A DNA stretch of 64,000 nt from an uncultured Fibrobacter sp. (GCA_946415675.1 CAMKTL010000011.1:89-64088); one strand, 5' to 3'; positions 38,469-48,328 are shown, counted from the first letter of the stretch. Notes: a model not told the origin generated them from the letters alone. Numbers and translations: made by a program.

Positions 38469-40802
38469 TCAATGGATAATCAGAAGCTTGCCCTTCTTCG
38501 TTTTAGAGGATCCGCGAATAACGTATTGATAAAGACCTGGCGCAACCAAGTTGCCGTTATTCATCCTCCCATCCCATTCGACACGGCCACCGGCAACCTG
38601 TTCGCCACTAAACGAAGCGACCAGTTTACCACCCCTGTTATAGACTCCAATAACGGCATCATCCGAAACGTTGTCAAAAATGACATGTGCTTGAAGCCGA
38701 GGACGGAACGGATTCGGAAAGACCTTGACATCTTGGCGGGCCTCTCCCGTCATGTTGCCTTCCGTAGCGCGCAAGTCGTTTCTGCTGTAACGGGTCACGC
38801 CATTCTCATGGGCGAACCATACCATGCCAAGAGCAGAATCGACCGCAACATCCTGAATCTTGTCGCTGAGAAGCCCATGTCTCGTCGTAAAGTGAAGGAC
38901 GGACAACGTATCAGGAGACGTCGAACGGGGAGTCAAGCGGTAAGCACCACGTGACGAAGTCCCGACCCAGAGGTTCCCGCGAGCATCGACGTCGATACTC
39001 GTAAAGTTCGCGCTTGTAAGACCGTTTGTTGAAAGCGGAGTTCTTATGGAATCCATGTCCTCGTTCCAATACGCAAGAGAAGACCCTGTTACCATCCAGA
39101 GATAATCCGTCTTTGATTCATAGACCATATCCAGCGGCGTCGAGGACGTACCGTAAAACACCTTTCTCTCGGTTCTCGAGGAATCGATGACGCCCCCCGT
39201 CTTCTTTGGAGGCGGGAAAGTAAACACATCCAAACCGCCAGTGGCATCTTGGGATGGCGACGTTCTCGTTCCCACGTACACAATCCAATTGCCTGTATTT
39301 GCATCAACACGGACAAGCATCGGCCCACCTATGGAGGCGCTTCCGACATTGCTTGCGCAGGACATATCTCCATCAAGGGTTACATGAATCAAGCTATACC
39401 CCTTGTTCGAGGCTGACGTTGTCAAAAAGCCCATGCCATCCGGTGCAGGAACCGAAGAAACCGCAATCGTAAACGGAGGCTTTTGAGGATCATCTTCGTA
39501 ATTGTCCATACAAAGATTGGCGATATTCTCTATCGTTAATGCATAATAAAGTTCTTTGCCCCATTCTTTATACAAAAGGTATCCATAACCCCAGAGATGA
39601 TAGAAAGTACCACCGCTCGGAACGGCCGACAGTACTTTCAAGTTATGGGAACGGGCATCAACGCCATTCCCCTTGTCTTCATACACAGGCCTTGGTTCGC
39701 TCCAGTCATAACCATAATTGTACGAGAGTTTTCCGCTTTCAGACGCAGCAAGGACTCCACCTTGCGGAAGAGCCAGAAGTTCATAGGCACCGCCTACCGC
39801 AAATGGAGCGTATTCCGACAAATCCGAAATTTTCTTGCCATCATAGTAGAAAACACTTTGAGGCCCAGCCAAAATAGCCTTGCCGGAAGGGAGCAGAGAA
39901 ATCCACTGCACCTTCGATTCGTAATAATACCGGTCAATAACCAATGTATCATTAACTTTCTTATAAACTGGAATTTTTTCATACAGGATTGAATCCGTCA
40001 ACGTTTTCCCGCGAACCACGACCAACGCTGCCGACCTGACATCGGACGTCGTATCGAGAACAGCCTGGGTCAGGCCATCCTTGTCCCAGATTCGCGTTCC
40101 TTCAGTAGAAAACGTCTTGATTTTTCCATCTTTCCAAGCGATAGCCTTAATAATCTTACCATTGTTGGAAGCGCCCTTGACAACCTTCCAGGAATGCGGA
40201 TCGTTCAGCAAGACATCGGATGCCAGATTACGCCAGTCCATCTTGCGTACGTAAAGAAGGGAATCCACAGCGACAAATAACGAATCCCCGCGAACGTCCA
40301 TAGCACGGACATGGCTAGAAGACAGATTCGCATTCGCAATCCTTTCGATAGTAAGGATAGAAGTCATGGTCTTCACACTCAGGAACGAGAGACGGTCTTC
40401 AAAGGCTATAACCATGACAGAACCGCTACCGGAACCGCCAAAACGGACCATGCCAGGAATCACATGCACGTTGTTTCCGGCATAAGACCGGCTAACCACT
40501 TCCCACTTCCGACCGACCATCGCCGAAACGATACCATTATTGCTCACGGCAAAAGCACCAAGGCTATCGGAAATAACCACGGCACTGACGGACTGGTCGC
40601 CCAAACCATTCGCCGTCGTATAAATATCGTCAGCAGTATTCGTCCTATAGCGAACACCGCCACCCGTCGCCATAAGCAGGCCATCACCATAAGGAATAGC
40701 CGATTTCACCGGAAACGGACTTGAGAAATTGATCCATTCATCAACGGCAAATGCCGACGTGAAAAAAGAGAGAATACAAATAAGCTTGATTAGTAATTTC
40801 AC
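38469..40802 (-). CDS. Beta-propeller protein with a T9SS-type C-terminal domain, PorZ-like
   Basis: Y-Y-Y/Reg_prop-type repeats (YTTANGLG, DVDARGNLWVGT, FTTRHGLLSDKIQDVAVD); C-terminus VKVFPNPF...WDG...GLYQY. Confidence 0.75.
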   Translation of the reverse strand: MKLLIKLICILSFFTSAFAVDEWINFSSPFPVKSAIPYGDGLLMATGGGVRYRTNTADDIYTTANGLGDQSVSAVVISDSLGAFAVSNNGIVSAMVGRKWEVVSRSYAGNNVHVIPGMVRFGGSGSGSVMVIAFEDRLSFLSVKTMTSILTIERIANANLSSSHVRAMDVRGDSLFVAVDSLLYVRKMDWRNLASDVLLNDPHSWKVVKGASNNGKIIKAIAWKDGKIKTFSTEGTRIWDKDGLTQAVLDTTSDVRSAALVVVRGKTLTDSILYEKIPVYKKVNDTLVIDRYYYESKVQWISLLPSGKAILAGPQSVFYYDGKKISDLSEYAPFAVGGAYELLALPQGGVLAASESGKLSYNYGYDWSEPRPVYEDKGNGVDARSHNLKVLSAVPSGGTFYHLWGYGYLLYKEWGKELYYALTIENIANLCMDNYEDDPQKPPFTIAVSSVPAPDGMGFLTTSASNKGYSLIHVTLDGDMSCASNVGSASIGGPMLVRVDANTGNWIVYVGTRTSPSQDATGGLDVFTFPPPKKTGGVIDSSRTERKVFYGTSSTPLDMVYESKTDYLWMVTGSSLAYWNEDMDSIRTPLSTNGLTSANFTSIDVDARGNLWVGTSSRGAYRLTPRSTSPDTLSVLHFTTRHGLLSDKIQDVAVDSALGMVWFAHENGVTRYSRNDLRATEGNMTGEARQDVKVFPNPFRPRLQAHVIFDNVSDDAVIGVYNRGGKLVASFSGEQVAGGRVEWDGRMNNGNLVAPGLYQYVIRGSSKTKKGKLLIIH

Positions 40803-40831
40803 AACATAAAATTACAAAAAAAAAGATTTTT

Positions 40832-41443
40832 TTATTTAGGGCTCCCGATAATTTCACTCAATGAAGCGTCCCTCCCCCAAAACATCCTATAATTTTCCTT
40901 CTGCGCCATCATTTTTAGCTTCATTTTTTCAAATGCCTCATTTCGGCGAGCAATGATATTCACCTTAGAAAGTCCAATCAGTCGGCTCAAGTCGCGAATG
41001 CCGATGTCACCCACCACCGAAAGTTCCACAATCATCCTCTCAAGCGGATTCAGTTCGTCCAGCAGTAGCGAGAATTCGTTCATGAGCGCTTCTGGGCTTA
41101 TCTTTTCGTCGGGAACCACGAACTTCACTGTTTCCATGCCGTCATAGTCACATACGTGTTCATGCAGGCTCGATAGCGGCACCATCCTGTCCATCTTTTT
41201 TCGGTAGATGCTATAATGGCAGTTCAGCAACACCGTCTGAAACCAAGCGTATAAACCCTTCTTGTTGTTCAGTTCCTTCGCTTTTTTACAAAAACGGAGC
41301 GCAACCTCCTGAAACAGGTCTTCCGCATCCTCCTTTGACGCACACTTCTGCAGGCACAATTTGTATATTCTGTAGGAATATTTTTTCCAAACAGAACCAA
41401 CCCAACTAGGGGGACGGTCACAAAGGAAATCCGTATATGACAT
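40832..41443 (-). CDS. ECF RNA polymerase sigma factor
   Basis: Region 2 DAEDLFQEVALR...YAWF; region 4 LDELNPLERMIVEL...IRDLSRLIG. Confidence 0.8.
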   Translation of the reverse strand: MSYTDFLCDRPPSWVGSVWKKYSYRIYKLCLQKCASKEDAEDLFQEVALRFCKKAKELNNKKGLYAWFQTVLLNCHYSIYRKKMDRMVPLSSLHEHVCDYDGMETVKFVVPDEKISPEALMNEFSLLLDELNPLERMIVELSVVGDIGIRDLSRLIGLSKVNIIARRNEAFEKMKLKMMAQKENYRMFWGRDASLSEIIGSPK

Positions 41444-41490
41444 TTTTTTTGTTTCCAGTATTTTCTACTTCCTATAACGAGCTTTAATTT

Positions 41491-43374
41491 ATGAAAATTT
41501 TAAATAAATTTATAGATTTTGCAAATTTTGCAAACAACCGTTTGCAAAAAGCTTCATTTTGCATTTTATGGTTTGCAGCGGTAGCCTTTTCGCAAGAGTT
41601 CAACATGAACAACATGCCCCCTCCCGAAGTAGGCATGCAGTATTCCGTAGGCACCTTGCAAAAGGGTTCAAATGTTATCGTTGACATTGTCATTCCTGAC
41701 AACTGGCACGTGAACGCCAACATCGCCGCCGACGAATTTCTGAAGCCTTCCTCCATCGAGATTTCTGCAAATGGCGTCCACTTTGGAGAGCCCAAGTGGC
41801 CAGAGCCCATCAAGGAATACAGCGAGGCACTTGACCTCGAAAACCTTGTTTTCAGGGGACATTTCCAAGTCACGCTCCCCGTCGAAGGTGTCGATGCCGA
41901 TTACGACAGTCTGACGACACAGGCGACGTTCCACTACCAGGCTTGCGACAATTCCATTTGCCTCGCGCCTTCGCAAGTCACGTTCGGCTTGGGAGCCCTC
42001 GGCTTCAACAAAAAAAGTTCCATGCAGCCGGGATTAAAAAAAAACGATAATGAAACCGGTTCGAGCGAAGACGTTCCGCTAAACGGCCCCGTCAATGATT
42101 CGCCTATGGAAGGCGGACTCGCCGGCACATTGGTTCTACTTTTGTCTGCTCTGCTCGGTGGGTTAATTTTGAACCTCATGCCATGCGTTTTGCCGGTGCT
42201 CTCGCTCAAGCTGTTTAGCCTCATCAAGCAGGCTGGCGAAAGCCGCGGACGTCTGCTTGCACTGGGAACATCGACAACGGTTGGCATCCTCGCCAGTTTC
42301 TGGCTCTTGGCCGCCATCGTCGCCGCGGTCAAGGCGGGCGGCGGAAACGCCGGTTGGGGCATGCAGTTCCAAAGTGCGGGATTCATCGCGTTCATGGTCG
42401 TCATCCTGAGCGCCTTTGCCATGAGCTTTTTCGGAGTCTTTGAAATCTGGCTTCCCGGAAGCGCCACCACCAAGATGGACAGCGCCGGACGCAAGCAGGG
42501 ACTCGTTGGTGCATTTTTCACGGGAGCGCTCCTGGTACTCCTCAGCACGCCCTGCTCTGCACCGTTCCTCGGCACCGCCATGGGTTTTGCCTTTACCGCC
42601 TCGACACCAGTACTCTTCCTGTTCTTTACCGCAGCAGGCGTAGGACTTGCGCTCCCCTACATGCTCGTGAGCGCATTCCCGAGCGTCCTGAAAGTTTTCC
42701 CGAAACCGGGCGCCTGGATGGTGACGCTCCAGAAAGTCATGGGCGTTCTGCTACTCGGCACAGTCGCATGGCTTTTGTGGGTCGTGCGCGAACAGGCCGG
42801 CAACTACGGAGTCGCCATTTTCGCAGTCGTTGCGTTCCTGAGCATCATTTTCAGTTTCGCCATCGGAAAAATCGCCCCGCCAGGAGTTGCGTTTATCCAT
42901 GAAGTCGTGGCCGTCGTTGGTTCTATCGTTTTGCTCGCTGCATTCTGGTTTGCATTCGCGTCTCCAAAATACGAAGCCGAAGTCGATGCCATCTTCGAAG
43001 CAAAAGCAACACAATTAATCACAGAAGACGGTTGGTTCCGCTATACACCAGAACTTATCGATAACCTCGCCAAATCCGGGCACACCGTGTTTATCGACGT
43101 TACTGCAGACTGGTGCCTCACCTGCAAGGCGAACGAAACGGCCATTTTGAACCGTGAAGATTTCCGCCGCGCCATGGACAGTCTGAAAGTCGCACGAGTC
43201 AAGGCCGACTGGACCCGCGAAACACCCGAAGTCACCGCGCTCCTCAAGAGCATGGGCAAGTCGGGAGTTCCCGCCTACGCCATCTACCCTGCAGGGGATG
43301 CTTCAAAACAAATTGTGCTGCCCGAACTGCTCACGACAAATGCGATCGTGGAAAAAATCGTTGGCAGTAGGTAG
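41491..43374 (+). CDS. dsbD: DsbD-type thiol:disulfide interchange protein
   Basis: N-domain WHVNA...YQACDNSIC, TM motifs LMPCVLP and STPCSAPFLG, thioredoxin TADWCLTCK. The start is uncertain. Confidence 0.9.
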   Translation: MKILNKFIDFANFANNRLQKASFCILWFAAVAFSQEFNMNNMPPPEVGMQYSVGTLQKGSNVIVDIVIPDNWHVNANIAADEFLKPSSIEISANGVHFGEPKWPEPIKEYSEALDLENLVFRGHFQVTLPVEGVDADYDSLTTQATFHYQACDNSICLAPSQVTFGLGALGFNKKSSMQPGLKKNDNETGSSEDVPLNGPVNDSPMEGGLAGTLVLLLSALLGGLILNLMPCVLPVLSLKLFSLIKQAGESRGRLLALGTSTTVGILASFWLLAAIVAAVKAGGGNAGWGMQFQSAGFIAFMVVILSAFAMSFFGVFEIWLPGSATTKMDSAGRKQGLVGAFFTGALLVLLSTPCSAPFLGTAMGFAFTASTPVLFLFFTAAGVGLALPYMLVSAFPSVLKVFPKPGAWMVTLQKVMGVLLLGTVAWLLWVVREQAGNYGVAIFAVVAFLSIIFSFAIGKIAPPGVAFIHEVVAVVGSIVLLAAFWFAFASPKYEAEVDAIFEAKATQLITEDGWFRYTPELIDNLAKSGHTVFIDVTADWCLTCKANETAILNREDFRRAMDSLKVARVKADWTRETPEVTALLKSMGKSGVPAYAIYPAGDASKQIVLPELLTTNAIVEKIVGSR

Positions 43375-43385
43375 AGCTTAAAGAC

Positions 43386-43592
43386 GTCATTCTAGAGGGA
43401 GCGCCGCGACCGATAGAATCCAGGAACGCTCAGCAAGCCCGTCATCCTGAGCAACGCGAAGACAACTCAGAAGGCGAGTGTTGCGTCCATGCTTGCATGG
43501 GCATAACCGAGCCAAGGAGTTGGGGCTTTAGCCCCATCCAGTGAAGTTTTCGTTGACATTGTCATCCTGACCCTGTAAGGGGAAGGATCCAG
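43386..43592 (+). repeat. Cluster of three REP-like GTCATYCTRA...GAAGRATCCAG elements, the middle one interrupted by a nested element
   Basis: Copies at 43386-43423, 43441-43540 (interrupted) and 43561-43592. Confidence 0.8.
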
Positions 43593-43691
43593 TGATGTCT
43601 TGACGCAAAGAAGGTGGCTTTGAGCCACCTTTTGATTTTTTGAAAAGTATTAGGTTGAAAGAGATGGCGGATCGGGTCCGCCATGACAATG

Positions 43692-44924
43692 TTAGACTCG
43701 CTTTCCTTCGCGCTTGTAGCGTTCGATGCATTCGGCATAGAAATCAAACGTCTGCTTCGCGATGGTTTTCCAGCTGAACACGTCAATAGCACGCTTGCGG
43801 CTGACTTCGCCCATCTTCTTCGCCAATTCCGGGTTTTCGAGAATCTTGTTAAGTTTGTGCGCAAAATCCGTCTGGAAGGCCTTCGGGTCAGCCGGTTCAA
43901 AGTTCGTCGCGGACACGGCTTTGAGCGGCACGAGGTAACCCGTTTCGCCATCGACGATGATTTCCGGGATGCCACCGACAGCACTGCCCACGACCGGCGT
44001 TCCGCAGCTCATGGCTTCGAGATTGATGATGCCGAACGGTTCGTAAAGCGAAGGTGTCGCAAACACGGTCGCATGGCTGTAGAGCACGCGCAGTTCCGTA
44101 TGCGGCACGGCATCCTGAATCCAGACAACGCCATCACGCGTCGCTTGAACCTTTTCAATCAAGTGCTTGCATTCGTCGGCAAGTTCCTGCGTATCAGGCG
44201 CCCCGGCACAAAGCACCACCTGGGCGTTCTTGTCGATTTGCGGAATCGCCTGGATCAGCTGACTGATGCCTTTCTGGCGCGTAATGCGGCCCACGAAAAG
44301 CACATATGGGCGCTTCGGATCCACGCCCCACTTCTTCAAAATTTCTTCGTCGAACGTCGGCTTGTAAAAATCCGGATCGATGCCGTTGTAGATAACCTTC
44401 ACGCGGTCTTCCGGCACTCCGTACAACTTCATCACGTCGCGCTTCATGCCTTCGCTCACGGCAATCACGCCGTCGGCAGCCTCGTAAGCGGTACGTTCAA
44501 TCCAGCAACTCATGTTATAGCCACCATCGCCGAGTTGTTCCGCTTTCCACGGACGGTGCGGTTCCAAGGAATGCGTCGTGAGAATCAGCGGGCACTGTAA
44601 CAAACGGCTCGCCACTACGCCACCGAAATGGCTGTACCACGTATGGCAATGAATCACGTCAATATCCTTGAGCGAAGACATCCACTGGAGATTGATGTCC
44701 AGCGGCTTCAGGATTTTCTTAAAGCGTTCGTCCGCCGGATTGCTATCCAGCTTCTGGCTAAAGCCAATCGCGCGGATGTTGTTCGCATCATCGTTCTGCG
44801 GGCCAAAGCAGCGCGCTTCGATGTGGCAGAGCTTGGAAAGTTCCTGGCTGAGAAATTTGACGTGGATTCCTGCACCGCCGTAAATTTCTGGCGGAAACTC
44901 GTTAGTAAGAATAGCAGCGTTCAT
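43692..44924 (-). CDS. glgA: GT4 glucosyltransferase of the actinobacterial GlgA/GlgM type
   Basis: LTNEFPPEIYGGAGIHV, HCHTWY, HSLEPHRPWKAEQLG, FVGRITRQKG, YEPFGIINLEAM. Confidence 0.88.
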   Translation of the reverse strand: MNAAILTNEFPPEIYGGAGIHVKFLSQELSKLCHIEARCFGPQNDDANNIRAIGFSQKLDSNPADERFKKILKPLDINLQWMSSLKDIDVIHCHTWYSHFGGVVASRLLQCPLILTTHSLEPHRPWKAEQLGDGGYNMSCWIERTAYEAADGVIAVSEGMKRDVMKLYGVPEDRVKVIYNGIDPDFYKPTFDEEILKKWGVDPKRPYVLFVGRITRQKGISQLIQAIPQIDKNAQVVLCAGAPDTQELADECKHLIEKVQATRDGVVWIQDAVPHTELRVLYSHATVFATPSLYEPFGIINLEAMSCGTPVVGSAVGGIPEIIVDGETGYLVPLKAVSATNFEPADPKAFQTDFAHKLNKILENPELAKKMGEVSRKRAIDVFSWKTIAKQTFDFYAECIERYKREGKRV

Positions 44925-45359
44925 TATTCAGTAAACAGTGGTTAGTGGTTAGTAAACAGCGGATAAGGAGAATATCCGCAAACTGTTTCCACAGACAATA
45001 ATAAAAATTTACACCCTGAAATTCAATAGGTTTCGCCATACAAAGTGTCTATTTGTCTTTTTCGTCACATTACATTTTTTGTCAAACTCGCTACCGGCCC
45101 TGATTAATTCTATAGCAAGCGACACAAAAAATTGTCATCCGGAATCTGTTATGTACAATATGCACTGAATTCAATAGAAACGAACAATGTCAAAACGAAC
45201 ATGCATTATTTTTTAATTCTTTAGTTTTAAAGAAATAAGTTCATTTTACATAGTTATTTCACTAAATTCAATGGAATCATTTCTTTCACTATGCAAAAAA
45301 CACCCCGACCCATACGGGTCGAGGCGCTTGGTGTTTGGAGTGTTTAATGACAGTTTATA

Positions 45360-46673
45360 TTAGAAGTTCTTGCACTGGCCTTTCCACTTGCCACGTTCGC
45401 CAACAATCGGCCCATCAATATACTTGCCGCTGTTGCCCACAAAATCCGCTTTACGGAAGTCTTCGCCACCGAGATGCCAACGCATCCAGGCAACTGTCGC
45501 AGCCATGCCGCCCCACGGGCCGGAACCATGACCCCAGCCACATTCACCCTGCTGGCATTCGTTGCCCTGACCGCCAGTCATCTTGATAAGGCAGGCCGGA
45601 GCCTTGACCCCGTTGTTGTTGTAGTCCGCTTCGGCATTGGGGCGTTCCATGCCGCCTTCGCCATAGACGATGCCTATCGTCTTGTCGGTGCCAACGCGAG
45701 ACATGGCCGTATGGCCAAGGTCACCGCTATTGTTGAGCATGGCGGTAATAACGCGCTTATCTTGAATGACCATTTGTTCGGATTCGAGGCCGCCCATGGA
45801 GTGGCCAGAGCAACCTACTTTCGTCATGTCGAGTTTCTGGTAAAGCGGATCGTTCGGGTCATTGTTCTTCTTTTCGAGCCAATCGAGGGCGGGCTTGCCC
45901 TGTGACGCATTACCCGGAGATTCGCGGAGCGCAATCACAACGAAGCCGTGAGAAGCGAGACGACGGATGATTCCACCGTAAGCACCCGGTTCCGTGCCGC
46001 CACCCGGGCCCCACACGACAACAGCATGTTTCCGGTCGCTAGAAAGCTGTTCCGGATAAGCAAGGATTCCACCGCCATCGTGGCCGGTGCGTTCAATATA
46101 CTTGACTCGCATCTGGTCCTTCGTTTCGTCCTTACCTTCGGCGAGGAAGACACCTTGCGGCTTCGGGGCTTCACTGGAACTAGATTCAACAGCCTTTTCG
46201 CTAGAGCTGGAAGCTGGAGCCGCGGCACTGGAAGCAGGCGTGGTAGCGCTCGATGCCGGAGCTGCAACACTGCTGGATTCCGGATTCGGCGTGACTGTCG
46301 CACTGGATGTAGGCGTCACAGCAGCACTGGATTCCGGATTTGGCGTTACACTGGCGCTAGATTCAGCTGTCGGCGTGACCGAGGCGCTGGATGTTGGAAG
46401 CGGATTTGTTCCAGGACCACAAGCATCGGGCAAACTGGATGCCAAACAAGATTCGTCGCCACCCGCTTGCTGATTGGTTTCGCCACCCTGCTGAACCGTT
46501 TCGCTAGAAGCCGGCTGTGCAGAACCCGCAGATTCTGGCGAAACAACTTCGCCAGCGCTGGATGAAAGGCCCGTTGCATAATTGTTTATCGCGGAAGTGA
46601 CGGCGTCATCACCGCAATTCAGGAAGACCAGCGAACTGGCCAATACCATCGTTTTTAAGAGTTTAGATTTCAT
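45360..46673 (-). CDS. Lipoprotein: Ser/Ala/Pro/Thr linker + PETase/cutinase-like alpha/beta-hydrolase (copy 1)
   Basis: FLNC lipobox; RLASHGFVV, LDMTKVGCSGHSMGG, GHGSG. Confidence 0.85.
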   Translation of the reverse strand: MKSKLLKTMVLASSLVFLNCGDDAVTSAINNYATGLSSSAGEVVSPESAGSAQPASSETVQQGGETNQQAGGDESCLASSLPDACGPGTNPLPTSSASVTPTAESSASVTPNPESSAAVTPTSSATVTPNPESSSVAAPASSATTPASSAAAPASSSSEKAVESSSSEAPKPQGVFLAEGKDETKDQMRVKYIERTGHDGGGILAYPEQLSSDRKHAVVVWGPGGGTEPGAYGGIIRRLASHGFVVIALRESPGNASQGKPALDWLEKKNNDPNDPLYQKLDMTKVGCSGHSMGGLESEQMVIQDKRVITAMLNNSGDLGHTAMSRVGTDKTIGIVYGEGGMERPNAEADYNNNGVKAPACLIKMTGGQGNECQQGECGWGHGSGPWGGMAATVAWMRWHLGGEDFRKADFVGNSGKYIDGPIVGERGKWKGQCKNF

Positions 46674-46753
46674 TTTGTTCTCCTATTAACCTTAACCTGA
46701 CTAGAAATTACCTAAAAAAGCCGTTGATTTACCACTGTTTAACCAAAGTCTTA

Positions 46754-46768
46754 TGGACAAAAAATCCA
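46754..46768. promoter_or_regulatory. TGGA-N7-TCCA palindrome upstream of copy 1
   Basis: TTATGGACAAAAAATCCAAA. Confidence 0.55.
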
Positions 46769-46917
46769 AAATAATTAATTTATTCATAATATATTTGCAC
46801 CTTATTTCGACCAGTTCACAACAAGTCGCAAGAACGATGAAGAAAACACAAAAAGAAAACGCCTCGACTGAAACAATCGAGACGCCTAGTTGTTGGAGTG
46901 TGGATATTGATTATAAA

Positions 46918-48219
46918 TTATTTAAAGTTCTTACACTGCGTTTTCCATTTTCCCTGTTTGCCAATGATGTTGCCATCAATGTACTTGCCGCTAGAACCCA
47001 CAAAATCAGCCTTGCGGAAATCTTCGCCGCCAAGATGCCAACGCATCCAGGAAATCGTCGCGGCCATGCCGTCCCAAGAGCCGGAACCGTGACCGTAGCC
47101 GCCTTCGCTATTACGCGGACCGCCCGTCATTTCGATAAGGCAAGCCGGAGCCTTCACGCCAGCGTTGTTGTAATCGTTCTTGGCGTTGTCTTTTTCCATG
47201 CCGACTTCGCCGAAGAGAATCGCAATCGTCCTGTCTGTTGCAACTTTGTTCGCACCGGCGCCGTTCCAGTCGCCACTGTTATTGAGGAACGCCGTCAGAA
47301 CGCGTTTGTCCTTAATGACAGCCTGCTCAGATTCCAAGCCGCCCATGGAGTGCCCAGAACAGCCAACTGTATTCATGTCGAGCTTGCCAAAAAGCGGGCT
47401 GTTCTGATCTTTGTTCTGTTTATCGAGCCAATCAAGAGCCTTGATAGCTTGCGATGCATCACCCGGAGATTCCTTGAGCGCAATCACCACAAAGCCATGA
47501 GAAGCGAGACGACGGATCATGCCTTCATAAGCGCCAGGTTCAGTGCCGCCACCCGGCCCCCAAACCACAATGCCATGCTTTTGTGTCGAAGAAAGCTGTT
47601 TCGGATACGAGAGAATTCCACCGCCATCCCAGCCAGTGCGAGTCTTGTATTCCACCTGCATCTGGTCCTTTTCTTCTTCCTTACCGCTGGCGAGGAAAAT
47701 GCCCTTCGGCGCTTCACTAGAAGACGAGACAACAGTTTCTGCACTGGACTTCGGAGTTTCCACGCTGGAACTTGATTTTACGGAAGCCGAACTTGTAGGC
47801 TTTGCAGTTTCCGAACTTGCAGGCGTTGCCACTTCGGCACTCGATGCAGGTACAGCAGCGCTAGAAGTCGGCGTAACATCGGCACTGGAAGCCGGGGTTG
47901 CGACATCTGCACTAGATGCAGGATTTGCGACATCCGTGCTTGATGCAGGATTTAGAGCGTCTGCACTCGAAGTCGGAAGCGGATTTGTCCCAGGCCCGCA
48001 CGCATCAGGCAAGCTAGATGCCACGCAAGGGTTGCTCCAAGGGTCATTCGGATTAACCGAAGCCGAGCTCAATGCCGGATTAGCCGCATCGGAACTCGAT
48101 GCGATACCCGGAAGGCCGCCACCTTGATTGATATTTGGTGCTGTGAGGGCATCGTCCCCACAATTCATGAAGGCAAGAGAACTCGCCACAATCATGCATT
48201 TCAAGATTTTTGATTTCAT
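46918..48219 (-). CDS. Lipoprotein PETase/cutinase-like hydrolase (copy 2)
   Basis: FMNC lipobox; RLASHGFVV, SPLFGKLD, GHSMGG, GHGSG. Confidence 0.85.
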   Translation of the reverse strand: MKSKILKCMIVASSLAFMNCGDDALTAPNINQGGGLPGIASSSDAANPALSSASVNPNDPWSNPCVASSLPDACGPGTNPLPTSSADALNPASSTDVANPASSADVATPASSADVTPTSSAAVPASSAEVATPASSETAKPTSSASVKSSSSVETPKSSAETVVSSSSEAPKGIFLASGKEEEKDQMQVEYKTRTGWDGGGILSYPKQLSSTQKHGIVVWGPGGGTEPGAYEGMIRRLASHGFVVIALKESPGDASQAIKALDWLDKQNKDQNSPLFGKLDMNTVGCSGHSMGGLESEQAVIKDKRVLTAFLNNSGDWNGAGANKVATDRTIAILFGEVGMEKDNAKNDYNNAGVKAPACLIEMTGGPRNSEGGYGHGSGSWDGMAATISWMRWHLGGEDFRKADFVGSSGKYIDGNIIGKQGKWKTQCKNFK

Positions 48220-48313
48220 ATAGTACTCCTCTTAACCAAAACCTTGCACCCTTGCACCATTTTTAAAATAAACAGAAAATAAAACACAAGACCTTGACAG
48301 GAAAAAACTTTTA

Positions 48314-48328
48314 TGGACAAAAAATCCA
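48314..48328. promoter_or_regulatory. TGGA-N7-TCCA palindrome upstream of copy 2
   Basis: TTATGGACAAAAAATCCAAA, identical to the 46751-46770 site. Confidence 0.55.

Noticed and set aside
43562-43984. 140-aa minus-strand ORF overlapping the glgA 3' end (also 49698-50138 and 54916-55347)
   Set aside because: These are alternative frames extending into repeat-filled intergenic DNA, with no protein-like features.
44961-45294. Long AT-rich intergenic region as an sRNA or small-ORF locus
   Set aside because: There is no convincing ORF or promoter-terminator pair; it cannot be supported without transcript data.
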